The notes under the pieces were generated by a model. It was given only the letters and a program-made list of their open reading frames with translations, searched no databases and was not told the origin of the DNA. The translations under genes and the position numbers were made by a program. 64,000 bases of DNA from contig JACQSF010000022.1 in the NCBI GenBank assembly GCA_016206085.1, positions 3,191 through 67,190 of the forward strand, written 5' to 3'. This document shows positions 26,792 through 35,271 of this stretch, one piece after another. Within the stretch, counting starts at the first letter, position 1. Each line of letters starts with the position of its first letter. The DNA is from Candidatus Uhrbacteria bacterium. Its GTDB lineage: Bacteria; Patescibacteriota; Patescibacteriia; UBA9934; GWF2-40-263.

Positions 26792-28912
26792 CTATAGCTC
26801 ATCAATGTCTCTTAAAAAACTCATTTTTGGTACAGACTTTTGTGTGCGCTCGCCTAGATCATCAAACACGATCGTGGGTCCATCGCCCCACTCGGAGTCT
26901 GAAAACGATCCATGGACTGGTCGCGAGATCGCGGCCTTGAGCTTCACCTCTTCAAGCAATCCATCAGGAAGCTCCTGCAAAAACATCGAAGGCTGGCTGA
27001 GCATCAGTGTATCGTAGCCACTCATGATCGGATAGGTGAAGTAGAGTTCCTTGCGCGCTCGAGTCGTGGCGACGTAAAAGAGCCGACGCTCTTCCTCCAG
27101 CCCCCCGTCTTCATCCAGCGCCGCGCCAATCGGAAACTTGCCATCGACCAGGTGCATGACAAACACCGCGTCCCACTCAAGACCTTTTGCTTGATGGATG
27201 GTCGAGAGAATCAGCCGATCTTCTCGTTCAGTTTCACCCAGGCTAAAGCCTGGGGCTACCTCGTTATTCCTTACGATCCCGTACTCCCCTGTGAGCGACA
27301 CCTCGTCCAGAAATGTCTGCAAACTTGTGTAGCCTTCCGCAAACAACGCGAACTGTTCAAGGTCCTCAAGCCGATCCATGAAGTCCGGATACTCGGCCTC
27401 AAGATAATCGCGGTAGTCGCCCGCTATCACGGCTCGGATAAGCTCGGCGGGATGTTCTTCGCGTGCCATTTTTTCAAGCGTCTTACGCAGTCCCTCCCAG
27501 CCAACCTGTGCGCGCTTAGGGATTTTGGGACTACCATTGAAGATTCCCGCGAGTGAGTCATAGCCCTTAAATTGCGATGCCATCGCTTCTGCGCTCGTCA
27601 GACCTACACCGTTGAGAAGTCCCAAAATGCGCATCCACGCGACTTCGTCCTTTGGGTTCTGACGGATACGCAAGTGCGATACGATATCTTTCACGTGCGC
27701 TCGCTCAAAAAACTTGAGCCCACCTCGATACTCATACGGGATGTCTCGCTTCATCAGTTCGAACTCAAGCGTCTGGGAATGATAGGCCGCACGGAATAAA
27801 ACGGCGATTTCGCTCAAAGACATTCCCTCCTCTCGAAGCGCCAAAATCTTCTGGGCGATAAATTGTGCCTCCTGACTGGCATTGCTCGCGGGTACAAGGC
27901 CGGGACGCTCGAGTGAGCCGCGCACCGCGGTCAATTCTTTTTTGAACTGCTCCCTATTTTGTGTGATCGACGAATTCGCAACCGCAAGGATCTCCGGGCT
28001 GGAGCGATAGTTCGTCGTGAGACGGAACGTCTTAGTATCCGCATAGGTCTGCGGAAAGCCGAGGATGTTTCGGATCTCGGCCGCACGGAAGGAGTAGATC
28101 GACTGGGCATCATCGCCCACGACAAGCACGTTCCCATGCTCGCTCGCGAGTTGTCGGATAATCTCCGCTTGAACAACATTTGTGTCCTGGTACTCATCGA
28201 CAAGGACATATTCAAACTGATGAGCCAGTTTCTGACGGACTCCCTCGTGGTGATAGAGGAGCTCACGGAGCTTCAGCAAGAGGTCGTCAAAGTCCATGGC
28301 ATCTGCCTGACGTTTGCGCTGCGCATACAGCTCAGCGATACGCTCGATGACCGGGGCGATCTCCAAAAAACTTGGATACTTGCTCTCGATCACATCGCTC
28401 ATGACCCGCCCCGAGTTCTGGGCGTAGCTGATCATGGCATGCACCTTCGCAGGCGACGGGAAACGACGTGAGGTGGTGTCGACATTGAGGGCTTTGATGC
28501 AGATCTTGATGAGAGACTTTGCATCCTCCTGATCGAGGATCGTAAAATTGCTCGTGTATCCCAGTTGCGAGCCGTTGATACGCAAAAGTCGATTCGCGAT
28601 CGAATGAAACGTTCCTCCCCAAAGTCCGGTCGGATATCGCCCCAGCAACCCCTCCACCCGCGACAACATTTCTTTCGCTGCCTTGTTCGTAAACGTCACG
28701 AGCAAAATACTCTCGGGTGAAACGCCACGCTCAAGCAGATACGCCACCCGATACGTGATCGTTCGCGTCTTCCCCGACCCGGCCCCCGCCAAAACCAAAC
28801 ACGCCCCATCACCATTCAACACGACATTTAGCTGCTCAGGATTGAGCTCTTGTCTGTAGTCAATCGAGGCCTTAGAAAGGTCAAAATCATCTTGTAAAAC
28901 AAACTCCTTCAT
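26792..28912 (-). CDS. pcrA: ATP-dependent DNA helicase PcrA/UvrD
   Basis: 706 aa. Motifs LVLAGAGSGKTRT (Walker A), VLVDEYQDTN, VVGDDAQSIYSFR, TIHQAKGLEWD and YVATTRAR. Confidence 0.9.
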   Translation of the reverse strand: MKEFVLQDDFDLSKASIDYRQELNPEQLNVVLNGDGACLVLAGAGSGKTRTITYRVAYLLERGVSPESILLVTFTNKAAKEMLSRVEGLLGRYPTGLWGGTFHSIANRLLRINGSQLGYTSNFTILDQEDAKSLIKICIKALNVDTTSRRFPSPAKVHAMISYAQNSGRVMSDVIESKYPSFLEIAPVIERIAELYAQRKRQADAMDFDDLLLKLRELLYHHEGVRQKLAHQFEYVLVDEYQDTNVVQAEIIRQLASEHGNVLVVGDDAQSIYSFRAAEIRNILGFPQTYADTKTFRLTTNYRSSPEILAVANSSITQNREQFKKELTAVRGSLERPGLVPASNASQEAQFIAQKILALREEGMSLSEIAVLFRAAYHSQTLEFELMKRDIPYEYRGGLKFFERAHVKDIVSHLRIRQNPKDEVAWMRILGLLNGVGLTSAEAMASQFKGYDSLAGIFNGSPKIPKRAQVGWEGLRKTLEKMAREEHPAELIRAVIAGDYRDYLEAEYPDFMDRLEDLEQFALFAEGYTSLQTFLDEVSLTGEYGIVRNNEVAPGFSLGETEREDRLILSTIHQAKGLEWDAVFVMHLVDGKFPIGAALDEDGGLEEERRLFYVATTRARKELYFTYPIMSGYDTLMLSQPSMFLQELPDGLLEEVKLKAAISRPVHGSFSDSEWGDGPTIVFDDLGERTQKSVPKMSFLRDIDEL

Positions 28913-28943
28913 AGAGTCGGTATTTTAGCACAGCCTCCCCGGA

Positions 28944-28972
28944 TTGACGTTTCAGTCGAAATAACCTACAGT
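28944..28972 (+). promoter_or_regulatory. Promoter of GC-rich cassette 2
   Basis: TTGACG (28944-28949), 17 nt, TACAGT (28967-28972). The inverted repeat GTCGAAA...TTTCGAC brackets the -10 box. Confidence 0.45.
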
Positions 28973-29009
28973 TTCGACCTGGTTCATTCATTACCAGTAG
29001 GGAGAATCC

Positions 29010-29240
29010 ATGAACGTCATCAACTCTACTCAAGCCCAAAGCCTGCTCGCCCGCTTCAGGGCGGGAGGAGATCTCTCTGACGAGGAGATCGACGCCCTCG
29101 CTGGCTACATCGATCAGAACACCCCCGACACCCCAAAGCGCCCCGAGATCAGCGCGGATCTCACCGAGCGCGGCCGTCATCTGCGCCTGGCTCTCCAATA
29201 CCACAAGTTGCTCGACGAACTGTTCGCCGACCGCGCATGA
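29010..29240 (+). CDS. GC-rich 76-aa orphan protein (cassette 2)
   Basis: GGGAGA SD 5 nt upstream. Third codon positions are nearly all G/C. A shadow ORF lies on the opposite strand. No family recognised. Confidence 0.55.
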   Translation: MNVINSTQAQSLLARFRAGGDLSDEEIDALAGYIDQNTPDTPKRPEISADLTERGRHLRLALQYHKLLDELFADRA

Positions 29241-29317
29241 ACCGCTGGTGCGACCGAACCAGATCGACCAAGATCCAGCCCACCCACGAGAGCCACCTGG
29301 CTCGCCTGGCCAGCTAA
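29237..29317 (+). CDS. Possible coupled 26-codon mini-ORF
   Basis: ATGA overlap with the stop of the 76-aa ORF. My own translation: MNRWCDRTRSTKIQPTHESHLARLAS, with strongly G/C-biased third positions. Its TAA is the loop of the GCCAGC-TAA-GCTGGC hairpin. Confidence 0.25.
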   Translation: MNRWCDRTRSTKIQPTHESHLARLAS

Positions 29318-29323
29318 GCTGGC
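29309..29323. repeat. 15-nt palindrome GCCAGCTAAGCTGGC, shared with cassette 3
   Basis: Matches GCCAGCTCAGCTGGC at 49298-49312 at 14/15 positions. Both sit 3-4 nt before the cassette terminator hairpin. Confidence 0.6.
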
Positions 29324-29326
29324 ACT

Positions 29327-29368
29327 GCCCGCCCAAGCTCACCAGCAACGGCGGGCTTTTCATTTTTT
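29327..29368 (+). terminator. Intrinsic terminator of cassette 2
   Basis: GCCCGCC...GGCGGGC followed by TTTTCATTTTTT. Confidence 0.65.
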
Positions 29369-29464
29369 GGATACTTTTTTTCTCACCTGCGAAAAATTGT
29401 TACCTGTGTCTTTTTGGGGTCAGGTCCGACTACCGACTTTTTCTCAAAGAGAATAAAATCTCAC

Positions 29465-30508
29465 CTATTTCAAATATTGATATTTGTTTCTCACATGCTC
29501 ATCAAATGTTTTTGCATACACCACCTCTCCCTCATCAGTCGTAAGGAAGTAAAGATAGTCCGAGTCGGTTGGATTGAGAACCGCGAGGATCGCGTTCATC
29601 CCCGGATTACTAATCGGTCCGGGCGGCAGGCCAAGATTTTGATACGTGTTATACGGAGAGTGAACCTTGCTGTCTTCAAGACTGACGGACGCGTCGTCCT
29701 TTCCCGTCACGTAATTCACCGTAGAGTCCGCTTGCAACGCCATTCCGATTTTCATGCGCGTATAGAAAACACCTGCGACGAGTTTCATGTCCTCCGGATC
29801 GCGAACCTCCCGTTCAACGATCGAGGCCAATGTCAGCATCTCATGAAACGTGAGACCTCCCTCGAAGATCAAGTTACGTGGTATGGCAATGTCGTTCTCT
29901 GCGAGCCGTCTTTGCAATGTGAGTATCATCGTCTCAACCACCGTCGATGCGTTTGCATCCGCACGGAATCGATAGGTATCTGGAAACAAATACCCCTCGA
30001 GTCCTTGGTCATTGGGAATTCCTGCAAGGATTTCGTCCTCAGTCAATACGCGTCTCCCTTGCGCACTCACGACAGCCTTCCAGTCGGTTAACTCAATCTC
30101 GGGCAACGCCTCTACAACCACCTCACCGATTTGATCGATCGTGAATCCTTCTGGAATCGTGATCTGTACTTCCTGCGCCGCGGCATACCCGAGTTCTTGC
30201 ACCACGGATCGTAAACTCATCCCAGGCTTGAGCTCGAATATCCCTGCCTGAAGAACAGCGTCAGACAACCGCGTATACATTTTGAAAAAAAATTTACTTG
30301 TGATGATCCCCTCATCTTCAAGCTGTGTGGCGATCGCTTCAACGGAGGCGCCCTCTTCAATGGTGATACTCACCGCCTGAGCATCATCGTCTGGCGAAAC
30401 AAGGTACGCGTCGAAGATATAGGAACCTGACAGAACAATCCCCACGAGCAGGGCCATCCCCAAAAGAATTCCAATGAGTCGAATCATATTACATGCCATG
30501 ACACTCAC
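29465..30508 (-). CDS. mltG: Endolytic murein transglycosylase MltG (YceG-like)
   Basis: 347 aa. N-terminal TM helix, then GYLFPDTYRF, LTLASIVEREV and YNTYQNLGLPPGPISNPG. Confidence 0.85.
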   Translation of the reverse strand: MSVMACNMIRLIGILLGMALLVGIVLSGSYIFDAYLVSPDDDAQAVSITIEEGASVEAIATQLEDEGIITSKFFFKMYTRLSDAVLQAGIFELKPGMSLRSVVQELGYAAAQEVQITIPEGFTIDQIGEVVVEALPEIELTDWKAVVSAQGRRVLTEDEILAGIPNDQGLEGYLFPDTYRFRADANASTVVETMILTLQRRLAENDIAIPRNLIFEGGLTFHEMLTLASIVEREVRDPEDMKLVAGVFYTRMKIGMALQADSTVNYVTGKDDASVSLEDSKVHSPYNTYQNLGLPPGPISNPGMNAILAVLNPTDSDYLYFLTTDEGEVVYAKTFDEHVRNKYQYLK

Positions 30509-30995
30509 GATACTTAGAACCTGAACCGCAAAAACAGTCGCGTATGTCTCGATCTTCGGCGGTCAGCCAGGAGCTCGACTGAACTTTCCCGCCCCGGCCG
30601 ACGCCGTACATGATTTCGATTCCAAGCTCCGCACACAGCTTGGCCTCGGGATTTTGGGACGAGTTCGGATCGAGTGCGTCCGTAAGATCGCGGTCACCGC
30701 CCTGCGCAAAAATATCCGGGCGAATTTCTCGAAGCTCGCGGCATACGCTGCGATCCTCAAATCCCGGCTCATGCGCTGTGAACACAACACGCGACACGCC
30801 ACGAATGGCCTCAATGATCTCCCGACGCTGGTCCTGTGGCATGAATACATAACCTTTCTTCTTCATGAGCCAGTTGTCGTTGTTAATAATCACGACAAGT
30901 TCGTCGCCAAACGCTGCCGCTTCCTGGATCATTCGAACATGTCCGACATGAATCGGATCAAAGCCTCCTGAAACGCACACAATTTTTTTAGTCAT
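30489..30995 (-). CDS. Cytidylyltransferase-family nucleotidyltransferase with a C-terminal SEC-C zinc motif
   Basis: 168 aa. VSGGFDPIHVGHVRMI (HxGH type). The C-terminal CFCGSGSKYRECHG matches the SEC-C motif. Confidence 0.65.
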   Translation of the reverse strand: MTKKIVCVSGGFDPIHVGHVRMIQEAAAFGDELVVIINNDNWLMKKKGYVFMPQDQRREIIEAIRGVSRVVFTAHEPGFEDRSVCRELREIRPDIFAQGGDRDLTDALDPNSSQNPEAKLCAELGIEIMYGVGRGGKVQSSSWLTAEDRDIRDCFCGSGSKYRECHGM

Positions 30996-31521
30996 ACCCT
31001 AGTGCCACCATGATAATAGCCATTGCGTAGGGTGTCACCCCAAATCCCACAAGGGCTCCAACAATGATATCAGAAAAAAAGTGGAGTCCAGCAGCCACGC
31101 GACCAAGGGCCACGATCAACGCCGCCCCAAGCATGTAGGGTAAAATGCTTGGGAAAAATAAGCTACACATCGCGGCCATCGAAAACGCAAACGTCGCATG
31201 AGCGCTGGGGAATGAGGCAGTTCGAACGAACGGCGCAATGAGAGGCTTTTGTTTAAGCTCCTCAAACGGTCGTTCACGATTCACAAATTTGGACAACAAC
31301 ATCGTCACACCCCAAGCTGGTAACAGAAAAACAAGCAGAAGCAATGTATACCGGTCGACGGTAAACGTGAGCGTTTCTTTATTCCAGGCCGTGGCCGCCA
31401 ACAAAACTCCAAGCATTAGCCAGACGATATGGGTGCCTGCGAGAATGGCTAGGTGTCGTCCGATCCAATGGGATCGCGCGAGATTAAAGAGGCCGTGGGA
31501 AAGTTTGTGGTCGATGTTCAT
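30988..31521 (-). CDS. PAP2-family phosphatase (undecaprenyl-diphosphatase-like)
   Basis: 177 aa. Motifs KFVNRERPF, SFPSAHATFAF and GLHFFSDIIVGAL. Confidence 0.7.
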   Translation of the reverse strand: MNIDHKLSHGLFNLARSHWIGRHLAILAGTHIVWLMLGVLLAATAWNKETLTFTVDRYTLLLLVFLLPAWGVTMLLSKFVNRERPFEELKQKPLIAPFVRTASFPSAHATFAFSMAAMCSLFFPSILPYMLGAALIVALGRVAAGLHFFSDIIVGALVGFGVTPYAMAIIMVALGYD

Positions 31522-31532
31522 ACGCTCTAAAT

Positions 31533-31633
31533 AGGCTGTTGTGTGATGTGAAATTTTTTTGATGGTGGAGGGGAAGCTTCGTAAGGCTGACCCGGCTCCG
31601 CCAGCGAAAAAATTTCACATCACACAACAGCCT
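31533..31633. repeat. Perfect 27-bp inverted repeat with a 47-nt loop, overlapping the nth stop codon
   Basis: AGGCTGTTGTGTGATGTGAAATTTTTT (31533-31559) pairs with AAAAAATTTCACATCACACAACAGCCT (31607-31633). The right arm encodes the last 4 codons and stop of nth. Confidence 0.85.
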
Positions 31634-32354
31634 TCTGTCGTAAGTCTTCGAGTGCGTTCTCCCGCCGCTTCATATCCTCAAGAATCGCATCGGCATTCTT
31701 GGGAGCTACGAAATTCTTGTTTTTGAACGCGCACAGATCACGTACCGGACAAGCCCAGCACCGAGGTTTGGCTATACAGATGTAGCGGCCGTGTTTTACG
31801 AAAACTTGATTGACCGCGTGTTTGTACTGGTCGGGAACAAGTTTGAGCAATGCCTCTTCCGTCTTCTGCGGCGACTTCGTCTTCACCCATCCTAACCGAT
31901 TTGTAACACGATGCACATGTGTGTCCACAGCGATGGCCGGTGTGTTGAAACTCGCAACAAGCACCACACTTGCCGTCTTGCGGCCAACTCCCGCAAGCTC
32001 AACAAGTTCCTCCATCGTATTCGGAATTTCACCCTTTCCACCTCTGCCCCCTTTCCCCCTCACCACCTGCTCTGCCATCTTCTTCAGATTCTTCGCCCTC
32101 TGCCGGTACATCCCGATCGTGTTAATTTTCGATTCGATTTGTTTTGTCGTCGCACCAGCAAGTTTCCCAACCGTCGGAAATGCCTTGAAAAATCCTGGCA
32201 TGAGCTTAAGCACCTGTTCATCACGCGTGCGCGCCGACAACATCACTCCCACCAAATTTTGATACGGATTCCCAATCTCCATCGCTCCTGGGTTGGGCCA
32301 ACGTTTTTTGAGCATCTTGAGAACCTTTGCGATCTGCTGGCGCATACTACACAA
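31620..32354 (-). CDS. nth: Endonuclease III
   Basis: 244 aa. HhH-GPD region (LVELAGVGRKTASVVL) and a 4Fe-4S cluster loop CIAKPRCWACPVRDLC. Confidence 0.85.
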   Translation of the reverse strand: MCSMRQQIAKVLKMLKKRWPNPGAMEIGNPYQNLVGVMLSARTRDEQVLKLMPGFFKAFPTVGKLAGATTKQIESKINTIGMYRQRAKNLKKMAEQVVRGKGGRGGKGEIPNTMEELVELAGVGRKTASVVLVASFNTPAIAVDTHVHRVTNRLGWVKTKSPQKTEEALLKLVPDQYKHAVNQVFVKHGRYICIAKPRCWACPVRDLCAFKNKNFVAPKNADAILEDMKRRENALEDLRQKAVV

Positions 32355-33951
32355 GCACCTGTCCCGTCATCTCGGGTGGTTGCTCAATCCCCATCACCGC
32401 CAAAATAGTGGGAGCCACATCAGCAAGCATACCCACCGGAGACATGAGCGACAAATCCCCTTCTGGCACTTCGCCAGAAATCGAAGGTTGTCCTTCATAC
32501 TCCCTACCAATGATAAGAAATGGAACGGGGTTCGTTGCATGCTCCTTGTCTATTGCTCCGGTCCGCAAATTTTTCATCTCCTCAGCGTTCCCATGATCTG
32601 CCGTAATAAAAATGTGTCCTCCACGGGCAAGTGTTTCCTCAACAATTTTTCCGACACACTCGTCGACCGTCTCAACCCCCTTGATCGTCGCCGCAAGATC
32701 TCCCGTGTGTCCCACCATGTCGGGATTGGCAAAATTCATGGCGATAAAATCAAATTTGTTGTCTCGCATTTCCTTGATAACACGCTCGGTAATCTGCCAC
32801 GCACTCATCTCTGGCGCTTCGTTGTACGCCGCTACCTTCGGACTTGGAATAATGACACGCTCTTCTCCGGGGAACGGCTCTTCTTTTGTCCCGTTGAGGA
32901 AGAACGTCACGTGCGCATACTTTTCGGTTTCCGCAATGTGCAGCTGGGTAAGATGGTGTTCGGAAAGAATCTGTGCGAGCGTCTTTTCGATGACCTCTGG
33001 AGGAAACGCCACCTCGACAGGCAATCCTTTTTCATACTCAGCCATTGTGACGGGAAACAGATTGGCGACGGGTTTGCGCTCGAACTCATCAAAACTCGGA
33101 AGCACAAACGCCTTGCACAGCTCTCGCATGCGGTCAGGACGGAAGTTGAAAAAAATCGCGGCATCGTTGTCTTGCACGAGACCAACCGGCTGCCCATTCT
33201 CTACGATCACCGTGGGTTCAAACTCTTCGTCATAGACTTCCTTTTGATACGACGCCTTGATCACTTCTAGCGGATCCGTGGCCTGTGCGCCTTCCCCTGT
33301 GACCATCACCTGGTAGGCTTTTTGCGTGCGATCCCATCGATGATCTCGATCCATGGCGTAGTACCGACCAGACAGGGACGCAATTTTTCCGATCTTCATT
33401 TCTTTCATTTTCTTCGTGAGCGTCGCCACAAAATCGATTCCCGCGTTATACACCGTGTCACGACCATCAAGAATCGCCTGCACGAACACTTCCTTGATGC
33501 CCGCCTTCTTCGCGGCTTGAAGAAGAGCATGACAATGGGTATCCATGGAATGAACTCGCCCCTGCGAGACCATGCCGATGAGATGCAGCCGGCTCCCCTG
33601 TTGCTTCACATGCTCAAACGCATGCTGCAACGCTTCGTTGACCGCAAACTCCCCCGCTTCCATCGCCCGATTGATCCGTGGAAACATTTGATAATACACA
33701 CGGCCCGCGCCAATCGCCAAATGTCCGACTTCCGAATTCCCCATCTCCCCCCACGACAACCCGACCTCTTCTCCAGAGGCGCGCAAGGTCATAGTCGGAT
33801 ATGTTCGGACGAATCGATCATAGTTGGGTGTATTGGCACGCGCGATGGCATTTCCATCGCCATCCGGCGCCACGCCCCATCCATCGATGACAATCAAGAC
33901 CGTTGGTTTTTTCACCTTCTCAGACATATCTATTACCCACTGAGTGGGCAT
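32347..33951 (-). CDS. gpmI: 2,3-bisphosphoglycerate-independent phosphoglycerate mutase
   Basis: 534 aa. Motifs LIVIDGWG, GNSEVGHLAIGAGR, ITADHGNAE and NFANPDMVGHTG. An alternative start is MSEKVKKP at 33927. Confidence 0.9.
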   Translation of the reverse strand: MPTQWVIDMSEKVKKPTVLIVIDGWGVAPDGDGNAIARANTPNYDRFVRTYPTMTLRASGEEVGLSWGEMGNSEVGHLAIGAGRVYYQMFPRINRAMEAGEFAVNEALQHAFEHVKQQGSRLHLIGMVSQGRVHSMDTHCHALLQAAKKAGIKEVFVQAILDGRDTVYNAGIDFVATLTKKMKEMKIGKIASLSGRYYAMDRDHRWDRTQKAYQVMVTGEGAQATDPLEVIKASYQKEVYDEEFEPTVIVENGQPVGLVQDNDAAIFFNFRPDRMRELCKAFVLPSFDEFERKPVANLFPVTMAEYEKGLPVEVAFPPEVIEKTLAQILSEHHLTQLHIAETEKYAHVTFFLNGTKEEPFPGEERVIIPSPKVAAYNEAPEMSAWQITERVIKEMRDNKFDFIAMNFANPDMVGHTGDLAATIKGVETVDECVGKIVEETLARGGHIFITADHGNAEEMKNLRTGAIDKEHATNPVPFLIIGREYEGQPSISGEVPEGDLSLMSPVGMLADVAPTILAVMGIEQPPEMTGQVLV

Positions 33952-33964
33952 CTTATCGCTAAAA

Positions 33965-35248
33965 CTAGCTAATCTCCTCCTCGATCTCCATGAGACGATT
34001 ATATTTTGCCAAATGTTCCGAACCTGACAAGGAACCGATCTTGATGTAGTCGGCGTTCACCGCAACGGCAAGGTCGGCGATGGTTGTGTCTTCCGTCTCA
34101 CCTGAACGATGCGAAACACTGACCTTCCATCCATATTGTTTGGCGAGCATAATCGCATCGATGGATTCCGAGAGTGTCCCAATCTGGTTAACCTTGATAA
34201 GGATCGCGTTGCCCGCCTTCATCTCGATCGCTTTGGCGAGTCGACCAACATTGGTCACAAGAAAATCATCTCCCACGAGCGCGACTTTTTTGCCGAGTCG
34301 CTTGGTCATCTCAACCCATCCGTCCCAGTCATCCTGATCCAGTCCGTCCTCAAGGCTCTCGATCGGATACTTCTTGATCCATCGTTCCCACATCTGGATC
34401 ATCTGTTGGCTCGAGAGGGTCTTCCCTTCCACTTTCAAGTGATAGCACTTAGTCTTGTCGTCATAAAGTTCCGATACCGCGGGATCCATGGCCAGAAACA
34501 CATCCTTGCCTGGCGTGTACCCTGCCTTCTTGATGGCCACAATAATCAGTTTGAATGCCTCCTCGTTTGTTTTCAAAGAAACGGCATAGCCCCCCTCATC
34601 CCCCTTCAATGTCGAGTGGCCTTTTTGTTTGAGAAGCGTTCCCAGTTCGTGAAAAATCTCTGCCCCCGCTCGCACTCGTTCACGAAACGTGCGTTGCTTG
34701 GGCACGATCATAAACTCCTGAAAGTCCAGAATCCAACCAGCATGAGCGCCACCGTTGAGGACGTTCATGGTGGGAATGGGAAGCTTGTAGGTCGTAGGTT
34801 GTAGGTTGTAGACCCATCGGATGTAGGCGTACAACGTCATCTTCTTTGCTCGTGCTGCGACATGCGCGCAGGCAAGACTCACACCGAGAATCGCATTGGC
34901 TCCAAGATTGGATTTATTCATCGTCCCGTCCAGTTCCATCATGGCGGCATCAATGTCGCGCTGACGGGTCACGTTCATCCCGATAAGGAGCGGCGCAATC
35001 TTCTTGTGCACATGTGCGATCGCTTTAAGAACTCCCATGCCGTGATAGCGCGTTTTGCCTTCCCCCCGAAGCCTTGGCGAACGGGGATCCCCATCGCGAA
35101 GTTCATATGCCTCGTGGTCACCCGTGCTGATTCCGCTTGGCACGGACGCAGAACCAGAGAGTCCATTTTTCAACAGAACCGTCACATTGAGTGTCGGGTT
35201 ACCGCGGGAATCAAGAATTTCGTGTGCGTGGATGGATTCGATGGTCAT
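33965..35248 (-). CDS. eno: Enolase
   Basis: 427 aa. Motifs ILDSRGNPT, SVPSGISTGDHEA, LMIKVNQIGT-like ILIKVNQIGTLSE and SHRSGETEDTTIADLAV. Confidence 0.95.
   Translation of the reverse strand: MTIESIHAHEILDSRGNPTLNVTVLLKNGLSGSASVPSGISTGDHEAYELRDGDPRSPRLRGEGKTRYHGMGVLKAIAHVHKKIAPLLIGMNVTRQRDIDAAMMELDGTMNKSNLGANAILGVSLACAHVAARAKKMTLYAYIRWVYNLQPTTYKLPIPTMNVLNGGAHAGWILDFQEFMIVPKQRTFRERVRAGAEIFHELGTLLKQKGHSTLKGDEGGYAVSLKTNEEAFKLIIVAIKKAGYTPGKDVFLAMDPAVSELYDDKTKCYHLKVEGKTLSSQQMIQMWERWIKKYPIESLEDGLDQDDWDGWVEMTKRLGKKVALVGDDFLVTNVGRLAKAIEMKAGNAILIKVNQIGTLSESIDAIMLAKQYGWKVSVSHRSGETEDTTIADLAVAVNADYIKIGSLSGSEHLAKYNRLMEIEEEIS
34785..34812. repeat. Tandem heptamer (TTGTAGG)x4 inside eno
   Basis: TTGTAGG TCGTAGG TTGTAGG TTGTAGA. 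On the coding strand it is read as VYNLQPTTYK in a variable loop. It shares a 16-mer with the lexA-downstream repeat. Confidence 0.7.
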
Positions 35249-35271
35249 AGGTCGTATTGGTCCTATCGGAC

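Noticed and set aside
29248-29544. 98-aa ORF starting at GTG just after the cassette 2 ORF
   Set aside because: It runs straight through the palindrome and the terminator hairpin into AT-rich DNA, and its product is low-complexity. The 26-codon ATGA-coupled frame is the better, though still weak, candidate.
32293-33972. 325-aa, 207-aa and 216-aa plus-strand ORFs opposite gpmI. Similar cases are 50321-51475 (-) opposite gyrB, 29414-30091 (+) opposite mltG and 34109-34804 (+) opposite eno.
   Set aside because: They lie antisense to unambiguous housekeeping genes, have no motifs, and show no independent start signals.
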